A stretch of DNA of 58,351 nucleotides, filler included, from Sphacelaria rigidula (taxonomy: Eukaryota), in NCBI GenBank assembly GCA_964200075.2. It is 7 parts of 7 records of this genome, joined end to end, with 100 filler letters (N's around TTAATTAATTAA, not from the genome) between each part and the next. Parts side by side here need not be neighbours in the genome. Positions count along the whole stretch, not along the records: positions 1 to 8,251 come from CAXNAA020011771.1; positions 8,352 to 16,602 come from CAXNAA020011772.1; 5 more parts are not named here. One strand, written 5' to 3'. Made by a program: the position numbers and the translations under genes. The notes beneath the pieces were generated by a model that was not told the origin of the DNA, did not search any database, and saw only the letters and a list, made by a program, of their open reading frames with translations. Positions within the stretch are counted from its first letter, which is position 1. Each line of letters begins with the position of its first letter. Below, in pieces: positions 1 to 12,754 of this stretch.

Positions 1-377
1 CCCCCCCCCCCCCTCCCCCGCGACTTGTTAATGTCGCAAGTGACGACCCGGGCATCGGCAGGTTCCAGGTGGAATGCCTCAGTTGCCTGCCTTGCATTAT
101 CGTGCAGCGAGTGCCGCCTTTCCCCTCGCCCGTTACGTTTGAATAGGTGACGATGTGCTTTTTCTAGCGCACTGCTTTCTCAACCGCGCCGCGCTGGCCC
201 AGCGGTCGGAGATGGCCCGCACTGATCGGCACCCTCTGCGCGAGAGTCAAGAGCTCTTCGCAGCATCGTTTTTATTAGTAATCCCACCCTTGGACAAACA
301 AATGTAGACCCTCAAGTCATATTCCGCAACCCATAAGTGACCGAAGCTCGACCAAACCGACCACCCCAATCGAACAG

Positions 378-539
378 CTGAAGTCACTGATCGTGCACAA
401 TGCGACGACAACGAGATCGAGGCTGATCATGACCGCACGGGAGCACTATCAACGGGAGCTAAAGCAGCAGGCCTTCCTCATGCTAGGCAGTCTCGAGGCG
501 TTCGGCAATCCTGTTGGGCTGTTACGCGGCGTGGGCCAG
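378..539 (+). CDS. VPS13: VPS13-family protein, C-terminal region, internal exon A
   Basis: AG at 376-377 and GT at 540. Encodes LKSLIVHN...HYQRELKQQAFLMLGSLEAFGNPVGLLRGVGQ, the GS-x-x-x-x-GNP motif of the VPS13 C-terminal region. Confidence 0.9.
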
Positions 540-917
540 GTGCGCGTTCACCTTATGAATAGGGGTGCGGCTGGTTTGGTTCGAATTTCGGGTGAAGGTT
601 TGAGTCGGGGCGTGGAGGTTAAGGCTGAGGTATCTGTGCCTGATCTCACCGATAGGGTACAAGAGAATCGTGACGACATGGGAACCTTAGTCAGGTGCAT
701 CCCATTTGTTTCAGCTATAGTCGGGACTGTAGTGTTGGCACTGCGATTCGGATGTCCCTGTTTAGGTTGTAAAGACCAGGTCATATGTTTTGCTCCAAGA
801 GAAGATGCTGTTGTGCAAGCATTTTTGTTTTTTAATTATTTCATCCGGACGATGTTTTTTCGGGTGGGCTCCATTCTATTTCAAATTGGTGCTCGTTTTT
901 TTTTGTTTTGATAACAG

Positions 918-1074
918 GGCGTGCAGGACTTCGTGAAGGAGCCCGTGATGGGCTTGCTGAAGAGTGTGGAAGAGCTGGCCCCGGAGGAGCTCATGGCCGG
1001 CATGGCTCGCGGGGCCGGCTCGTTGCTCAAGCACTCTGTAGGAGGGGTCGCCAACTCTGTATCGCTCATTACAG
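918..1074 (+). CDS. VPS13: VPS13-family protein, exon B
   Basis: Pyrimidine tract plus CAG acceptor, GTTAG donor. Encodes GVQDFVKEPVMG...GMARGAGSLLKHSVGGVANSVSLIT, in frame with exon A. Confidence 0.9.
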
Positions 1075-1132
1075 GTTAGCTTGAGTAGTCGCTCTACACT
1101 GCTATCTATCTATTTATATTTATACTGCAGTA

Positions 1133-1664
1133 CTTCCCCAGGCCCATAAGTAACCTGGACTACGTTTCCATAGGCCTTTAACCGTGGCGGACGCGCAATT
1201 TTTTACTCATTTTGAAATCTTGGTGGGATTGTTCCGGGTCGAATACATTCGTTTTCGTGTGGGCACCGCATCAGGTGGCTGAGTGTCAGGTGGCTGAGTG
1301 GCGTTAAAAACAACAGTCGACTTGTGGTGGAAAGATGGCCGTATTTCGCCCCTATCCCAGGGGTGAAAGCAAGTTAACAAACAAAAAATGCAGGGGGGTT
1401 GGCGCGCAAAGGTATCAAATTCCAGTTATCTTTCAGGTATTGAACAAGAAAGTCAGTAGGTTCCCATAACAAATCCCACAATCAGGCCAAAGTTGCGAAT
1501 GTTCAGACCCGAACATGTACGCAAAACACAGCTCGTTTTTTGGTTCCCCCAATCAAAACTCCCTGTAATATTTCCGACACAGCCAACTTTAGGATCCCTA
1601 ACTCCGTGGTTGAGGTGATACGCACTGTCCCACGTAACCTTGTTTACTTATGGGACAGAGGAAG
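1133..1664. mobile_element. Stowaway/Tc1-mariner-like MITE in a VPS13 intron
   Basis: Imperfect TIRs CTTCCCCAGGCCCATAAGTAA and TTACTTATGGGACAGAGGAAG, with TA on both flanks. Confidence 0.8.
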
Positions 1665-2443
1665 TATATATTTGTGTGGCGGTTGATTGGTTTTAGTTGG
1701 TTGATTGTCGTACACGATCTGATTCGCTACGAGTCATAATCCAGTCACAACGTGTACTTGCGCAAGTTGAATAGCCGGAATCATTTGCCACACGAAACCA
1801 AAGAAGGGAGGGGGAAATCACCATGCAAAAAAGAGCAAACGGAGAGAAAGAAAGGAAGAATCGAAGGAAAACGGAGAAACACAGGAGAAGAACCTAAGGG
1901 AACTCCCGGGTTAAGATCTGGTATCGGTTCCGAAATTGAAGTTGGACACGCCCCGACCGCATGATTCCACGTGAAGAGAGACCGTACAACGAGCGGAAAG
2001 AGACATACAGACATGCATCCTACTTATGTTTCTCAGCACAGATCAGTGTAACTTACCCACCCCGAAGCCGGGGTCAGCGTCCCCCCCCCCCCCCCCTCGT
2101 GGCGTCTTACTTTCTTGCGTGACATTCGACGCAGAAACGCTTCGCGCTTGAGTGTTATCCAGCTGTTGCCCTTGTGAGGGTTTTGTCCGACGGTGTCCGC
2201 TCAATCTAAGCTTGGTTCCAGCGGTGTAACCGAGGAACTCTACATATACTCCGCGAACAACGAGGGGTATGCTTTTTGGTGTATATTAATGTGTTGTAAA
2301 GCAGCAAGCGGGCTCTTGCCTCGGTATGTTGGACCACCGAGTCGACAAATGTGTTCTATGCTGGGGGTGGGATACCGGAAGGCTAGGTTCCCGAGAAACG
2401 AGAAGAGAGGAACGAGTGAAAGATTTTCTCGTGCTCGGTCGAT

Positions 2444-2592
2444 GTTTTTTTTTTTGTCACACTTTGAACCCCTCCCTTTCTTAGGGAAGAGTCCGCGGTC
2501 TCAAGGGACTATCAAATCTCACCTCCGGTACACGCCTTACTTCTTGGCATCGTGGATTGGATCATGACCATCAGCACTCCCGTACCGCACCG
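2444..2592 (-). mobile_element. Partial SINE family B copy (3' part)
   Basis: Poly-T followed by CACTTTGAACCC...GAGTCCG.GGTCTCAAGGG, matching 21950-22085. Confidence 0.65.
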
Positions 2593-3099
2593 CTTCTCTT
2601 CATTTTTTTTTTCTGTGCTGTTCACGTCCTGATGCTTTCAGCGACGTTAATCAGATAATTCTCGGAAGAAAAATCGAATACATACTGCCGGTATTTTCGT
2701 ACCCTCAGTCTTTCTCCTTAAAGGGCTTGAGTTGTACCATTTTAGTGTTTAGACCATCGGAGCTTGGCGGCATACTGAAATCCAAAAATAAGATGATTAT
2801 ACTTTCACCATTCTTCTATTCACTATTTCGATTTTTCGCGTGAAACTAACGGTGACTTTCCGGGTCCTGAGACCCAGTCCACCCACATCGACATCTACAC
2901 AAGATTTTCCTCCACATGACTCTTTAAAATATCTGATGTAACAAAAGAAAAGGGTCTTGAGCGAGCTGACGGTTGACTACATGAAAACAAAACCAAGAAA
3001 AGCGAGCGAGAACTCTGTTTTTGCAGACACTCTGATGTGATTCCTCACGGCAGTGCTGGCTCCGCGACTGCACTCCGGTCGTTTTGGCGTAATTTTCAG

Positions 3100-3180
3100 G
3101 TACGGTGGGTCAGAACCTAACCACGCTGGCCATGGACAAGGAGTACAAGGTGACACGCGCTCGTCGGAAGGAAGCCCGAG
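3100..3180 (+). CDS. VPS13: VPS13-family protein, exon C
   Basis: TTTTCAG acceptor, GTATGT donor, phase 1/1. Encodes GTVGQNLTTLAMDKEYKVTRARRKEAR. Confidence 0.88.
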
Positions 3181-3585
3181 GTATGTGCCGCATTCTTTTG
3201 AAATTCACGCCAAGGCGACTCGTCGTTCATGAGCAACTACAGAAGCCATGGGTTTTGTCTAAACGTTCGATTCACTCAATGGCGCGTGGAGAGTTGCGCG
3301 ACTTTATCGGACGCCATGCTCAAAACGTAAGCACTGCTTCGTAGAACGTCGCTCCCATGCTTTTGTTCGGCTCCTCCACGCCCACCGTACGCCGCCCTCC
3401 AGTGCCCCCGCTGCTCTCCCCGAACTTTCCCCTCTAGTACGTGCGATCCCATCTTTAATACAAACGAGGTCGATTATTTTCGCCGTGTGCGAAGGGATTC
3501 TCAATGTTTTGGATGTTCCCTGCGCCTCCCCGCCCGCCACCCCGTCTGGCCTCCTGGCTCCGCATCATCCTCGCGGTGACCCCAG

Positions 3586-3801
3586 GCGAAAACAGGGATA
3601 TCCTCGATGGTATTGGCTCAGCAACCGAATCTTTAGCTCGGGGTCTGACTGACGGCGTTTCTGGCTTGTACAAGAACCCCATGAGAGGGGCGGAACGAGA
3701 CGGATTTGCCGGATTCGCCAAGGGAATGGGTACCGGCGTGCTGGGACTGGTGGTGAAGCCGGTGGTTGGAGTAACCGACGCCGCGACGGACGTTTTGCGA
3801 G
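3586..3801 (+). CDS. VPS13: VPS13-family protein, exon D (ATG2_C-like Gly-rich helices)
   Basis: CAG acceptor, GT donor, phase 1/1. Encodes GLTDGVSGLYKNPMRGAERDGFAGFAKGMGTGVLGLVVKPVVGVTD. Confidence 0.92.
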
Positions 3802-4104
3802 GTCTGTTGGCGTGGTTGATCGTCACCGCCGAGCTTTGATGCCTGTCGTGTTCGACACCTGTTGACGTGATTCGTGCTTCCCGTCCCTTCATCCCCATCC
3901 CCCATGGTTTCAGTTGTTTTTGCCCTGCTGCCCATCGTGTCTCGGTTTTTCACTCTCATGTTCATCTGTGCCGTTAATTTCAAGCGTTTGTACTGGCGAC
4001 GGAATTCGCCTCAATTGAGAGGAATACTGGTAGTGCTGAGCGTCATCACCTGAGAGTGTCACCAACCCCTTTCTCTTTGGTTATGGCGTTCCCTTGTTTC
4101 TCAG

Positions 4105-4334
4105 GCGTGAAAGGCACCACCGACAGTATTGCACGCATAGGGGTCAACGCCCCCCCAAGCCAGCACCTGAGGCACTACGCTCTAGACGATGGTACGGACT
4201 CGGGGATGGACAGGAGCAGCGGCGGATGGAATGAGGGTATGACCCAAGTGCGGCCTAGAAGAGCTTTGTACGGACCTGAAAGGGCATTGCGGCCGTACTC
4301 CGTGGAGGATGCGGTGGCGGCGGCGCTGTTACAG
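4105..4334 (+). CDS. VPS13: VPS13-family protein, exon E
   Basis: TTTCTCAG acceptor, GTAAG donor. Encodes GVKGTTDS...QVRPRRALYGPERALRPYSVEDA, matching the R-x-x-R...L-x-P-Y pattern before the PH-like domain. Confidence 0.88.
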
Positions 4335-5106
4335 GTAAGCTATTCCGTGTGCTTAGTTTAGGGCGTGCATATATCCTGTGCTGGAGCTCAGCGATCCTTT
4401 TTTGTTGAATGCTCTGATATTGTCCACTTTGAGATGGAGAAGAAAGAACACCGCTTCATTCGCTGAGAATGTTTCTTCGGACGCCCTAACTTTCCTGGTA
4501 ATGACCTCCCCAAAAGGACGAACAACCGTTTCCCCCTTATTCGTCGCGTATGCGTATGTCAATGCGTATACGTTTGTGTGTGCATACGCGTATACGTTTG
4601 TGTGTGCGTACGCGTATGCGCACTACCACGGTGCATCACCAGACAACAGACGTCCTCTATTTTGTTGCGCTCCGACCTTTTTTTCAATGCTGGATTAGCC
4701 GTCCTCGTCCATCCTCCAACACCATCGTGTTGAGCTTTCATTTATTTCGCGTTGGCATCTTCGCATCCTCACACAATAAAGAAAGGAAGCTACGTGCTAT
4801 TCCGCTGCATAACGCTCATTATCGCCGTTGCCTCGTATATCCTGTGCAAGTTTCCCCCGTTTACGTACAGTGCCAGCACATCTTACTCGGGATTTCCCTG
4901 GCGACTTGTTTTCGTGGTGCAGTTCATGTACTCGTGTGCGCTCGAGAAATTTTTCCTCGCTTTGACACAAAGGTTTCGAATATGACCCAAGTGAATACAG
5001 CGCGTTGCAGTGGCGCGAACTTAAGCGTGTTCGAGGGTTAGGCGCACGTAGCAGACGGTACAGCTTCCTGTTGCATCTTGTTTGTTCTTGAAATGACGAA
5101 ATGAAG

Positions 5107-5280
5107 GTGACTCAATTCCGAGGCGAGGAGTACACGGCGCACCTGGACCTTGGGCAGCGGCAAGCGAGGGGCGCCATGCCCGCGTCAAAGGTGGTTGTCA
5201 TCATCACGAGATCATTGGTCCTTGTCATCCTAGCTTCTGTGGGAGAGGTGGTGCTTGAGGAGCGATTGGACAGGATACAG
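5107..5280 (+). CDS. VPS13: VPS13-family protein, exon F (PH-like region)
   Basis: Phase 0/0, GTACTG donor, weaker AAG acceptor. Encodes VTQFRGEEYTAHLDLG...VVVIITRSLVLVI. Confidence 0.7.
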
Positions 5281-6076
5281 GTACTGGTCGGCCGACGTTT
5301 GTTGCTCGGTGGGATTCGACGGCACGAATTTTTCATCCTGTGTTCTTGTTTGTTGTCTGCCGTCCTACGCGGACAGAGCTAATGTATACATATATATATA
5401 TTAGCATCAAGACTTGTAGCGGTCACACTTAGACCCGTCATTGTCTGTTTGTCGTTACTTGTTGTGGCAGGCGAGGCGCTGGACGAGCTTTTCAATAGAA
5501 ATCAGATAAGTTGACGGCGCCATACATATATACATATATACACACAGGGTGCTTGCGGACTGGCACCATACCATGGCCGTTTACCGGGTGCTAGACTATT
5601 TGCCGGTCAGGATACCGTTCCCGACACCGTCGCTGACATGTTTATGGCTACTTAATGTGAAAACTTTGTCGGTCTTGAGTGGTAGATCGCGCGATCTTCG
5701 CTCGCGTGCTCTTCTGAGGCAGAAAAAAGGTAAGATGCGTGAGTTCAGGATGATATAGCTAGGCTGTTTGGTGGGATTTCATGGAGATCTTTTCGAAAGC
5801 TCAGCGGTGTACTGTATCTAGATCGCTGGTTATATTGGGCTGCAAAATCATGCAAGCTGGAGTTGCAGCTATGTAAAGAGCTGGACTTTCGCCTATGATG
5901 TTGCCTGCCTGCATCGTACGTTGGTCGTATGTTCACGCAGCAAAACTCCTGCTACATGCCGTTGATGGTGTCGAGAAAGACTTCAATCATGAATGTTGTT
6001 CATCAAAAAGCTACCCCCTACTCCTATGTCAACACGCGATTTGGCCCTGCTTGTTGTGTACTGTTCGTGGCGACAG

Positions 6077-6141
6077 GTGGTGGAGAAGACAGGAGAGGGT
6101 GTGTTGCTGCACCTACGCTCTTCCACGCCGGCGGGCCCCGG
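6077..6141 (+). CDS. VPS13: Probable further VPS13 exon G
   Basis: ACAG acceptor, strong GTAAGT donor. The phase-0 start continues exon F as VVEKTGEGVLLHLRSSTPAGP. No terminal exon was located. Confidence 0.55.
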
Positions 6142-6786
6142 GTAAGTGGACTCATTTTTGTTTGTGTATTTGTTATGTTGAACTTGAACCAGTTTCCGTG
6201 CTTGTAAATTGTGGCTGCTGGTGTCCTTTTTTCTCCGGGGAGGTGCGCTCCGAGTTGAGGATGGTACTGCAGGGGCAACAGGGTCATGCAACTTGTACCG
6301 ACACTCTGGCTGTATCATTGTTTACACTATGCTCACGCACAGCACTGAAGCATCCAATGGTGGATAGAAGAGTCCCACCTCTACCGTCGTGGCGGATGAA
6401 TCAGATATTGCACCCCGGAACAGGGTGTCTGCGTTTGCGAATTATGTTGAAACCAGGTGTTCAAAACCTGTACGCAGAAACAGTTCTATTGGACAGCCTG
6501 AAACTGTCATGCGATAGTTTGCGACAAACGGGCCTTGGGGTTGGAGACCGTAGAATTGGACGACTACAGAAGCGTGGTGAACTGGGGGATGATTGGACAC
6601 AACTCAGCATCAACTTTCATGTTATGGAGTTGTAGTCATTATTGGTATCAACTCTTCCCCATGCGGTTCATACCCGTGAGTCGCGTTTGCTCACAACACT
6701 GTGAAATATACAAGTAAGAGCACTGTTTCTAACAGAAACGCAAGTGTGGAAAATGTTTCCACTACGCCTCGAAACGTGCTCCACAG

Positions 6787-7540
6787 CAAGGGGCCCCACA
6801 TCGGAAAATCACGGCACCAGCCCTTTCCCCCCCCCCCCCCCCAAGCGGTCGAGAATGGGGAAATGACCACATCAGCTTCTCAAAAACCTTATTTCTGAAA
6901 CCTTATTTCTGGATTTTGAGTATTGAGTCGCGCTGGCTTCGACAAGACCGGTGGTTACCGACTTGGCACTACCGCCAATCCCCCGCAATGGTAAGGCCGC
7001 CATACTGGGGAGGGCGGTGCACGGTGAATATTGATGTGCTGCTATTGAATGATGTGCAATGTACGTGCTGTGCTTGTGATGCTACTTGACTGCGGGATTG
7101 CCAACCGGCATAAAAATCAAATTCAAATTTCTGGTACTCTAGATACGTAAAATTTGTTATTTGTATATGAGAACGCCCTTTGCCCGCGTTTGGGCAGACA
7201 GCGATGTTCATCCAACGTGTATCTCTACATATCGCCTTAATACCGCACTCCGACACAACACAAGGAGAGGTTGCAAAGGGAATGCTGTGGACGTGGTGGG
7301 TCTGAAAACAGTACTCAACATTGACGTAGTGGCAGTTCCAACGTGAACTTAATTTAAGTTCGGTATACCCTGCGCAGGCGCAACCTGCCGACATACATGT
7401 GCGGTGCAGTACAGCAAGTTCTATCGCCATCAACCATCGATCAGGGGGGTACCCACCCTCCAATTTGGGACCCCCCCCTCCCCCCCTTCTGCCCCAGAAT
7501 GAGGCCCTGGTGCCGTTACTTCCCGATGTGGGGCCCCTTG
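6787..7540. mobile_element. Non-autonomous TIR element (GGGGCCCCACATCGG termini)
   Basis: An approximately 34-bp inverted repeat at 6787-6820 and 7507-7540. A third copy of the end lies at about 42769-42799. No clean TSD. Confidence 0.55.
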
Positions 7541-8251
7541 TCCAGAGTTTAAAATGGTGAACAAGACAAAATCGATGCAAGAGCAATATATTCGATTGAA
7601 ACCTCTTCTGTACGCGTCGAGCTTATGCCCATCGCTACTGTGCGCTGTGTCTTGTAACAATGAGTTGCAATATTGGTTGGAAGAGAGCCATTGAGAAAAT
7701 TCTTCTGAACGTGGTACAGTTTAGCGGGAGTATCTATAAGTACTTGTTCACGCGTTGAAGTCGAACGCGCATTTCCAGCAGTTGCACGTCACGACCGTGG
7801 TACAAAGAATAGCCTGGTCATACTCCACACGAGAAATCACGATCTTACCGATTAACTTCGCTACCGCATAAGCAAAACGATACATGCTCTGCTATCATGG
7901 AAATGGCTCTGCTCTCACGAAGCGTGGGACTCAGGCCACAGGCATGCCCACACAGGAGATAACTCACCAAAGCTTGGAAGGGGTAGTGACCACCCGATAT
8001 GACGGTGTTGGTAAGATGAGATCATATTACCGCACAAGCGAGGCGTGAATGTTTTGCGACATGTCTCTCCTGAGCTGTTTCAGATTGTTTACGCTTAAAC
8101 CCCAGGTTTGTTTTTATTTATTTTTACCACGTAGGTGTGGACCGTGGCCAACTTTTCAGAGTTTAGTATTTTCTGTTCCGAATGCCACGTGGTCGGTGTC
8201 ATGAGTTGAATGGTACAAGTCGCGCCGTGCTTTTCTGCGCTTGTACTCTGC

Positions 8252-8351
8252 NNNNNNNNNNNNNNNNNNNNNNNNNNNNNNNNNNNNNNNNNNNNTTAAT
8301 TAATTAANNNNNNNNNNNNNNNNNNNNNNNNNNNNNNNNNNNNNNNNNNNN
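8252..8351. other. Artificial 100-nt contig linker (also at 16603-16702, 24953-25052, 33303-33402, 41653-41752, 50003-50102)
   Basis: N-run, TTAATTAATTAA (stops in all six frames), N-run; identical at six places about 8350 nt apart. Confidence 0.98.
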
Positions 8352-9490
8352 GTCTCGAAAGGGATGCGTGGTCAATGGTCAAACGACTAAGGCAAGCAAC
8401 ACATGAGAACACCCCATCGCCAACTTTCGCGGGACTGCCTTTCAGTCAGCGACGTTGTTCCGAAAGGAGGTGTCGCACGGAAAGGATCAAAGCAGTCGTC
8501 AACAACAAAAGGTGGACACGAAGCACAGGGAAATCCCCTGACCACAGAAAAAGCTCGGTACCTTTGCGTGTTCCACAGCCCTCGTATTTGATGCTTGAAT
8601 GAGAAATCCACGCCGGTTGACTAATTTTGATTTATCGGCAGTTGCACACTACCAGATTCCTTGAAGACCCAGCCGTAGTCAAGGTAAACAAAAGGGAAAC
8701 ACTCGCTGAGGAAAAATGAAGGTAGAAGAAATAACGAAAGAGAAGAGTGAACCCAAGGAGTAAACCCAACAACAAAAAACGGGAAACAAACAAATGAACA
8801 AACAAAAAAAGAAGTCAAAGTAATTGAAACAATAAAATGGTCGATATAAAGCGCGAAACACATGAACCACAGTCGCGTTCAACGGGGTAATTGGAATTGG
8901 AGTTGAAACCCCTGAAAAAGCGAAGGCGCTCATTGTCACGGCCATTTTATCGACAAACAGAGTATACATGGGTAAATACTTGACAAAAGGAATGACTTCG
9001 TTAGATGAGAGTCGGCGGTTGTGGGCAATGCTGATTGAAGCCAACGCTCGACAAAACCTTGTACAGGCAAAGCACTGGGTGGAGAGGTACATTGATCACG
9101 TGAGACCCGTGTACTGTCCTGAGGACAGGACGAGGAAAAAAAACAACTTCGCGGTCAAGCGGCTGGAACCTTCAAAAGAAACCGACACAACTATTCTAGT
9201 AAGAACAAGGATTCTACGATTGGTCGACCCTGCTGTACACTCTGTTCCGAAATAAGTGGCCTGTGCAGACAAAAATGATCTGTAACTATAACCCACCCTC
9301 ACGTTTTTTTACGTGGATTCGAGCCCCAACATCGTCGTATCTTCTTGTTCATTTTTCTCTATTTTCTTTTGTTCGCTTCCTTTTTTTTTTCATCTTTTTT
9401 TTTTAATTTTTGTGGGTTTTGTAGGGGTCTAATTTTACTTACTTCGGTTAAACAGCAAAACGCCATGTAATATTTCCAAGCGATACCTAC

Positions 9491-9636
9491 CTCGGGCAAG
9501 AACTGCGCCAACAGAGCCTTGTTGGCTGTCACCACGTGCTTGCCCTTGTTCAGTGCCCGGAAGACGACATCTTTCGCGTCGGTCACACCCCCCATCAGCT
9601 CCACCACGCAATTGATGCTGTCATCCTCCAAGATTT
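9491..9636 (-). CDS. Homoserine dehydrogenase, internal exon (NAD-binding domain)
   Basis: Pyrimidine tract plus CAG acceptor, GTAGGT donor. Encodes ILEDDSINCVVELMGGVTDAKDVVFRALNKGKHVVTANKALLAQFLPE with the VVELMGG and GKHVVTANK motifs. Confidence 0.92.
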
Positions 9637-11001
9637 CTGGATGACAAACAAAAGGGAGGGAGGGGAGAGAGAGGAAGAGAAAAGCGCCTCAACACTTGAT
9701 TGAAAATAAAGGAGGCATAAGAACAGATAATAGGACGGAGCAAAAAGAGTAACAAAAACAACCGACCAGGACGTGGGTGTCCTGTTGAAAACTGCATAGC
9801 CGAACGTGGGACAACCGGGAAGCACTTCCATATCAAACAATTTTGTCTTGAAAATGTCCATATACATCTACATGGTTCATGGAAGAGAGGCTTTATACCG
9901 AAAGTGATGAGGTCATAGTAGATGAGCCGCAATTTTTTCCCACGAGTGGGTATGAATGTAATTTCTGCGCAAGACCTATTCCATCGAAGCCATGTGGCAG
10001 AAGCCGGGCATCTCTTTTTTGTTCCTTCTTGCCTCTTGTATTTTTTTTCCTTTCTTCTCTCTGTCTGCTCTGTTTGTTCCACCTCTTCTAATCTGTTTTG
10101 TATTCCCATTTCTTCGGCGAGTGTTTCAGTTTTGTTCTTGTCTCGCGTACGTCCATCATGTGGATAATGACCACGGCTGGACCATGACTACCTGGGGGAT
10201 CACTTACAGCGCGACAATCAATCAAAATCGATCAATATGTACATGTATCGTTTCACATTTTCCACCACTTTTGCCAAGTTTTCTCTGGTGGCAAGGCATT
10301 TTTTCCCGCGCTTTCTTTTGCAGCGGACTAAGAAGGCTCAGCGGTACATTACCGTTCAGCTTTGGGCGTCATCTGAAACCTGCGGCGCGTATTCTGGCCA
10401 CCGAAAGTCGCTCCAACTGGCCCTTTTTTGCGGGTGTCGATCCCGAATCACAAAAGCCTTTTCAAGATCATGGAAAACTTGGAACAAGAACTCGAGCCAC
10501 AAAAAAAGCCTGTTGAAAATAATGGAAATCTTTGAACAGGATTACTGTTGGCGGGGTATTTTTCCCCTGTGTTTCTCTTTGTCGCGTTCTCGTTCATTTG
10601 GGAGCACGAACACACCGGCTATGCCGCCAATGTCACGAGAACATGAGAGCAAAGCGGTTGAAAGCAATTGAACATTGCCTTGGCCTTAGTCAGCAGCAAA
10701 CACAATATCTTGCAATGGGCCGTTGGCGAGTTGAACAGGGCACAGCAGGACGGCAGCACAGGGATGTTGTGCCACAAAAACAATCACCCTGTTTTAAAAG
10801 AAGGCCCGGCGATGTGGAGGTCACAGTGATGTACAAAGAAGATGCCAAGAATGTTCGTACGCATTCCAATTTCTCGGGAGTGCCTTCCGCTGTCATGTCT
10901 TTGTGGCTCGAGAGCTACTTCGCAATCTGGCCCTAAGAAACACCACACATGTCCCACGCCGGCGGTTCCGCCGTCGGCCTCCGTCCGAATTCCCATATTT
11001 C

Positions 11002-12754
11002 CAGGGGTCTACACGTTATACGTGCCACAGCGTCTCACGTTATGTTTTGGCCGAAAGGTAACATGCACGGCAACATTTTTTTACGTGAGGAATGTAGCGT
11101 GAAAGTAACGTTAAATTTTCAAATCAAACGTCAACGTAACGCTTAATTTTTTTCACGTGCCAAACGAAACGTAACATGAACGTTAAATTGCCCAAACGTT
11201 CAAAACACGTAACATGAAACGTTTCATGTGACATGTAAAGTGTAATGCACGTTACACGTTACATGAACCGGCGCAAACTTGAAGTTTGCAATAAATTTTG
11301 AAATCTTTGACGACAAAGTAAATAGTAAGTACTATACAACGGTACAAGTACAGGCCGTGTATTTTGCTAACAGTACGAGGTTACAAGCACAGGCTGCACT
11401 TAGCAAACACAGTAGTGCAAGGTTACAAGTACAGGCTTTACTCGCGAACACAGCTGTACTCACGAACGTGGTGTTGCAGTGTAAGGTTACAAGTACAGGC
11501 TGTATTTGCGAACAGGGTGCGAGGCGGCTGCTGTACTACAATATGTAAATACGACGGTAGTAGTGCAAGGATGCACACACCCTATAAATTGCACACACAG
11601 TACAGTATTACAGTACGAGGTAGTTAATCATTTGTTCGCGACAACGAGAGGTAGGCTCGCATTTGGCAACGCTGATGTCGGCAATGTCTTCGGTTCTACA
11701 TCGCCTTGACTATAAGGTTCAAGGCTACATGCATATGCACGTACATAGTGGTACATGCAGATTCAGAGAATATAACTTGTGCCTGCACTACGGTACATGT
11801 GCAGGCTCTACTCTGTTCGCAAACACCCGTAACCGTCTCAGACTTGAAAAAAAGCGGGCCCTCGAATGAAAGAAAAACAACGCAAGATCGGTCATAATAA
11901 AACGTGTGGGTGGAGTTTTATCTCCCCACACAATGGTCTGATGACTATGGCATGCATGGTCATGAGTACACCCACATGGGGGGATATATATTTTCCCGCT
12001 AGATGAATGCATTGGTTGCCTGGATCGCGGTGTAAACCTGTCATATATACATACATCCATGCATACGTACGCCCGCCTTTGCATACGTACGCCCGCCTTT
12101 GACGGCCGTGATGAACCATCTTATTTGCCCATGTAGACATGTACTGTATACATACATAGAACCAAGGGTACCCGATACAGTTTTGCCTGCTGCATGTCGG
12201 GACGAATCAAGACGGCGTTCAATCATGTTCACGATCTGTTGTGTGTACAGTATGTGCTATCGTATCAATGACCAAACATTTGGAAATTGAAAATTAAAAA
12301 CAAAATGATGAAAAGAAAAGAGGACATGCAAATATTACGGTCAAAAACGAATGAACGACATGCTGCAGAGAAAGTCACGTTACACGCTCAAATAATGCGC
12401 CTACTCTCAAACATACGACGGGCAACCGTCAGCGTCACGTACACGGTAAAGTCACGCGTTACACGACCCGTTACAACGCCTTGAACACTGATAAATGAGC
12501 CGCGGCATGTACTAAATGAAACGTTACATTCGAACGTTACACGTGTCAACGAAAGGTTATATTGGACGTTACACGTTACATTTAAACGTTTCATATTACG
12601 TTTCGTGTAACGAAACGTAATGATAAATTTCTATAACGTGATGAACGTAACGTGAACGTAACTTTACATTTTCAAATGAAACGTCAACGTAACGTTAAAA
12701 TTTTCAACGTGCCAGACGTAACGTGAACGTGAACGTGTAACGTGTAGACCCCTG
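11002..12754. mobile_element. Non-autonomous hAT-type DNA transposon
   Basis: Perfect 17-bp TIR CAGGGGTCTACACGTTA. 8-bp TSD CATATTTC/CAAATTTC (one mismatch). Dense subterminal AACGT/ACGTT motifs at both ends. Confidence 0.88.

Noticed and set aside
4545-4622. ORFs with repeated AYAYTFVC peptides
   Set aside because: They arise from a 24-bp intronic tandem repeat.
5895-6635. 246-aa ORF as a gene
   Set aside because: It has no recognisable motif and atypical composition, and it overlaps a better-supported VPS13 exon in another frame.
378-9636. VPS13 and homoserine dehydrogenase as convergent neighbours
   Set aside because: They are separated by an artificial linker, so there is no evidence of linkage.
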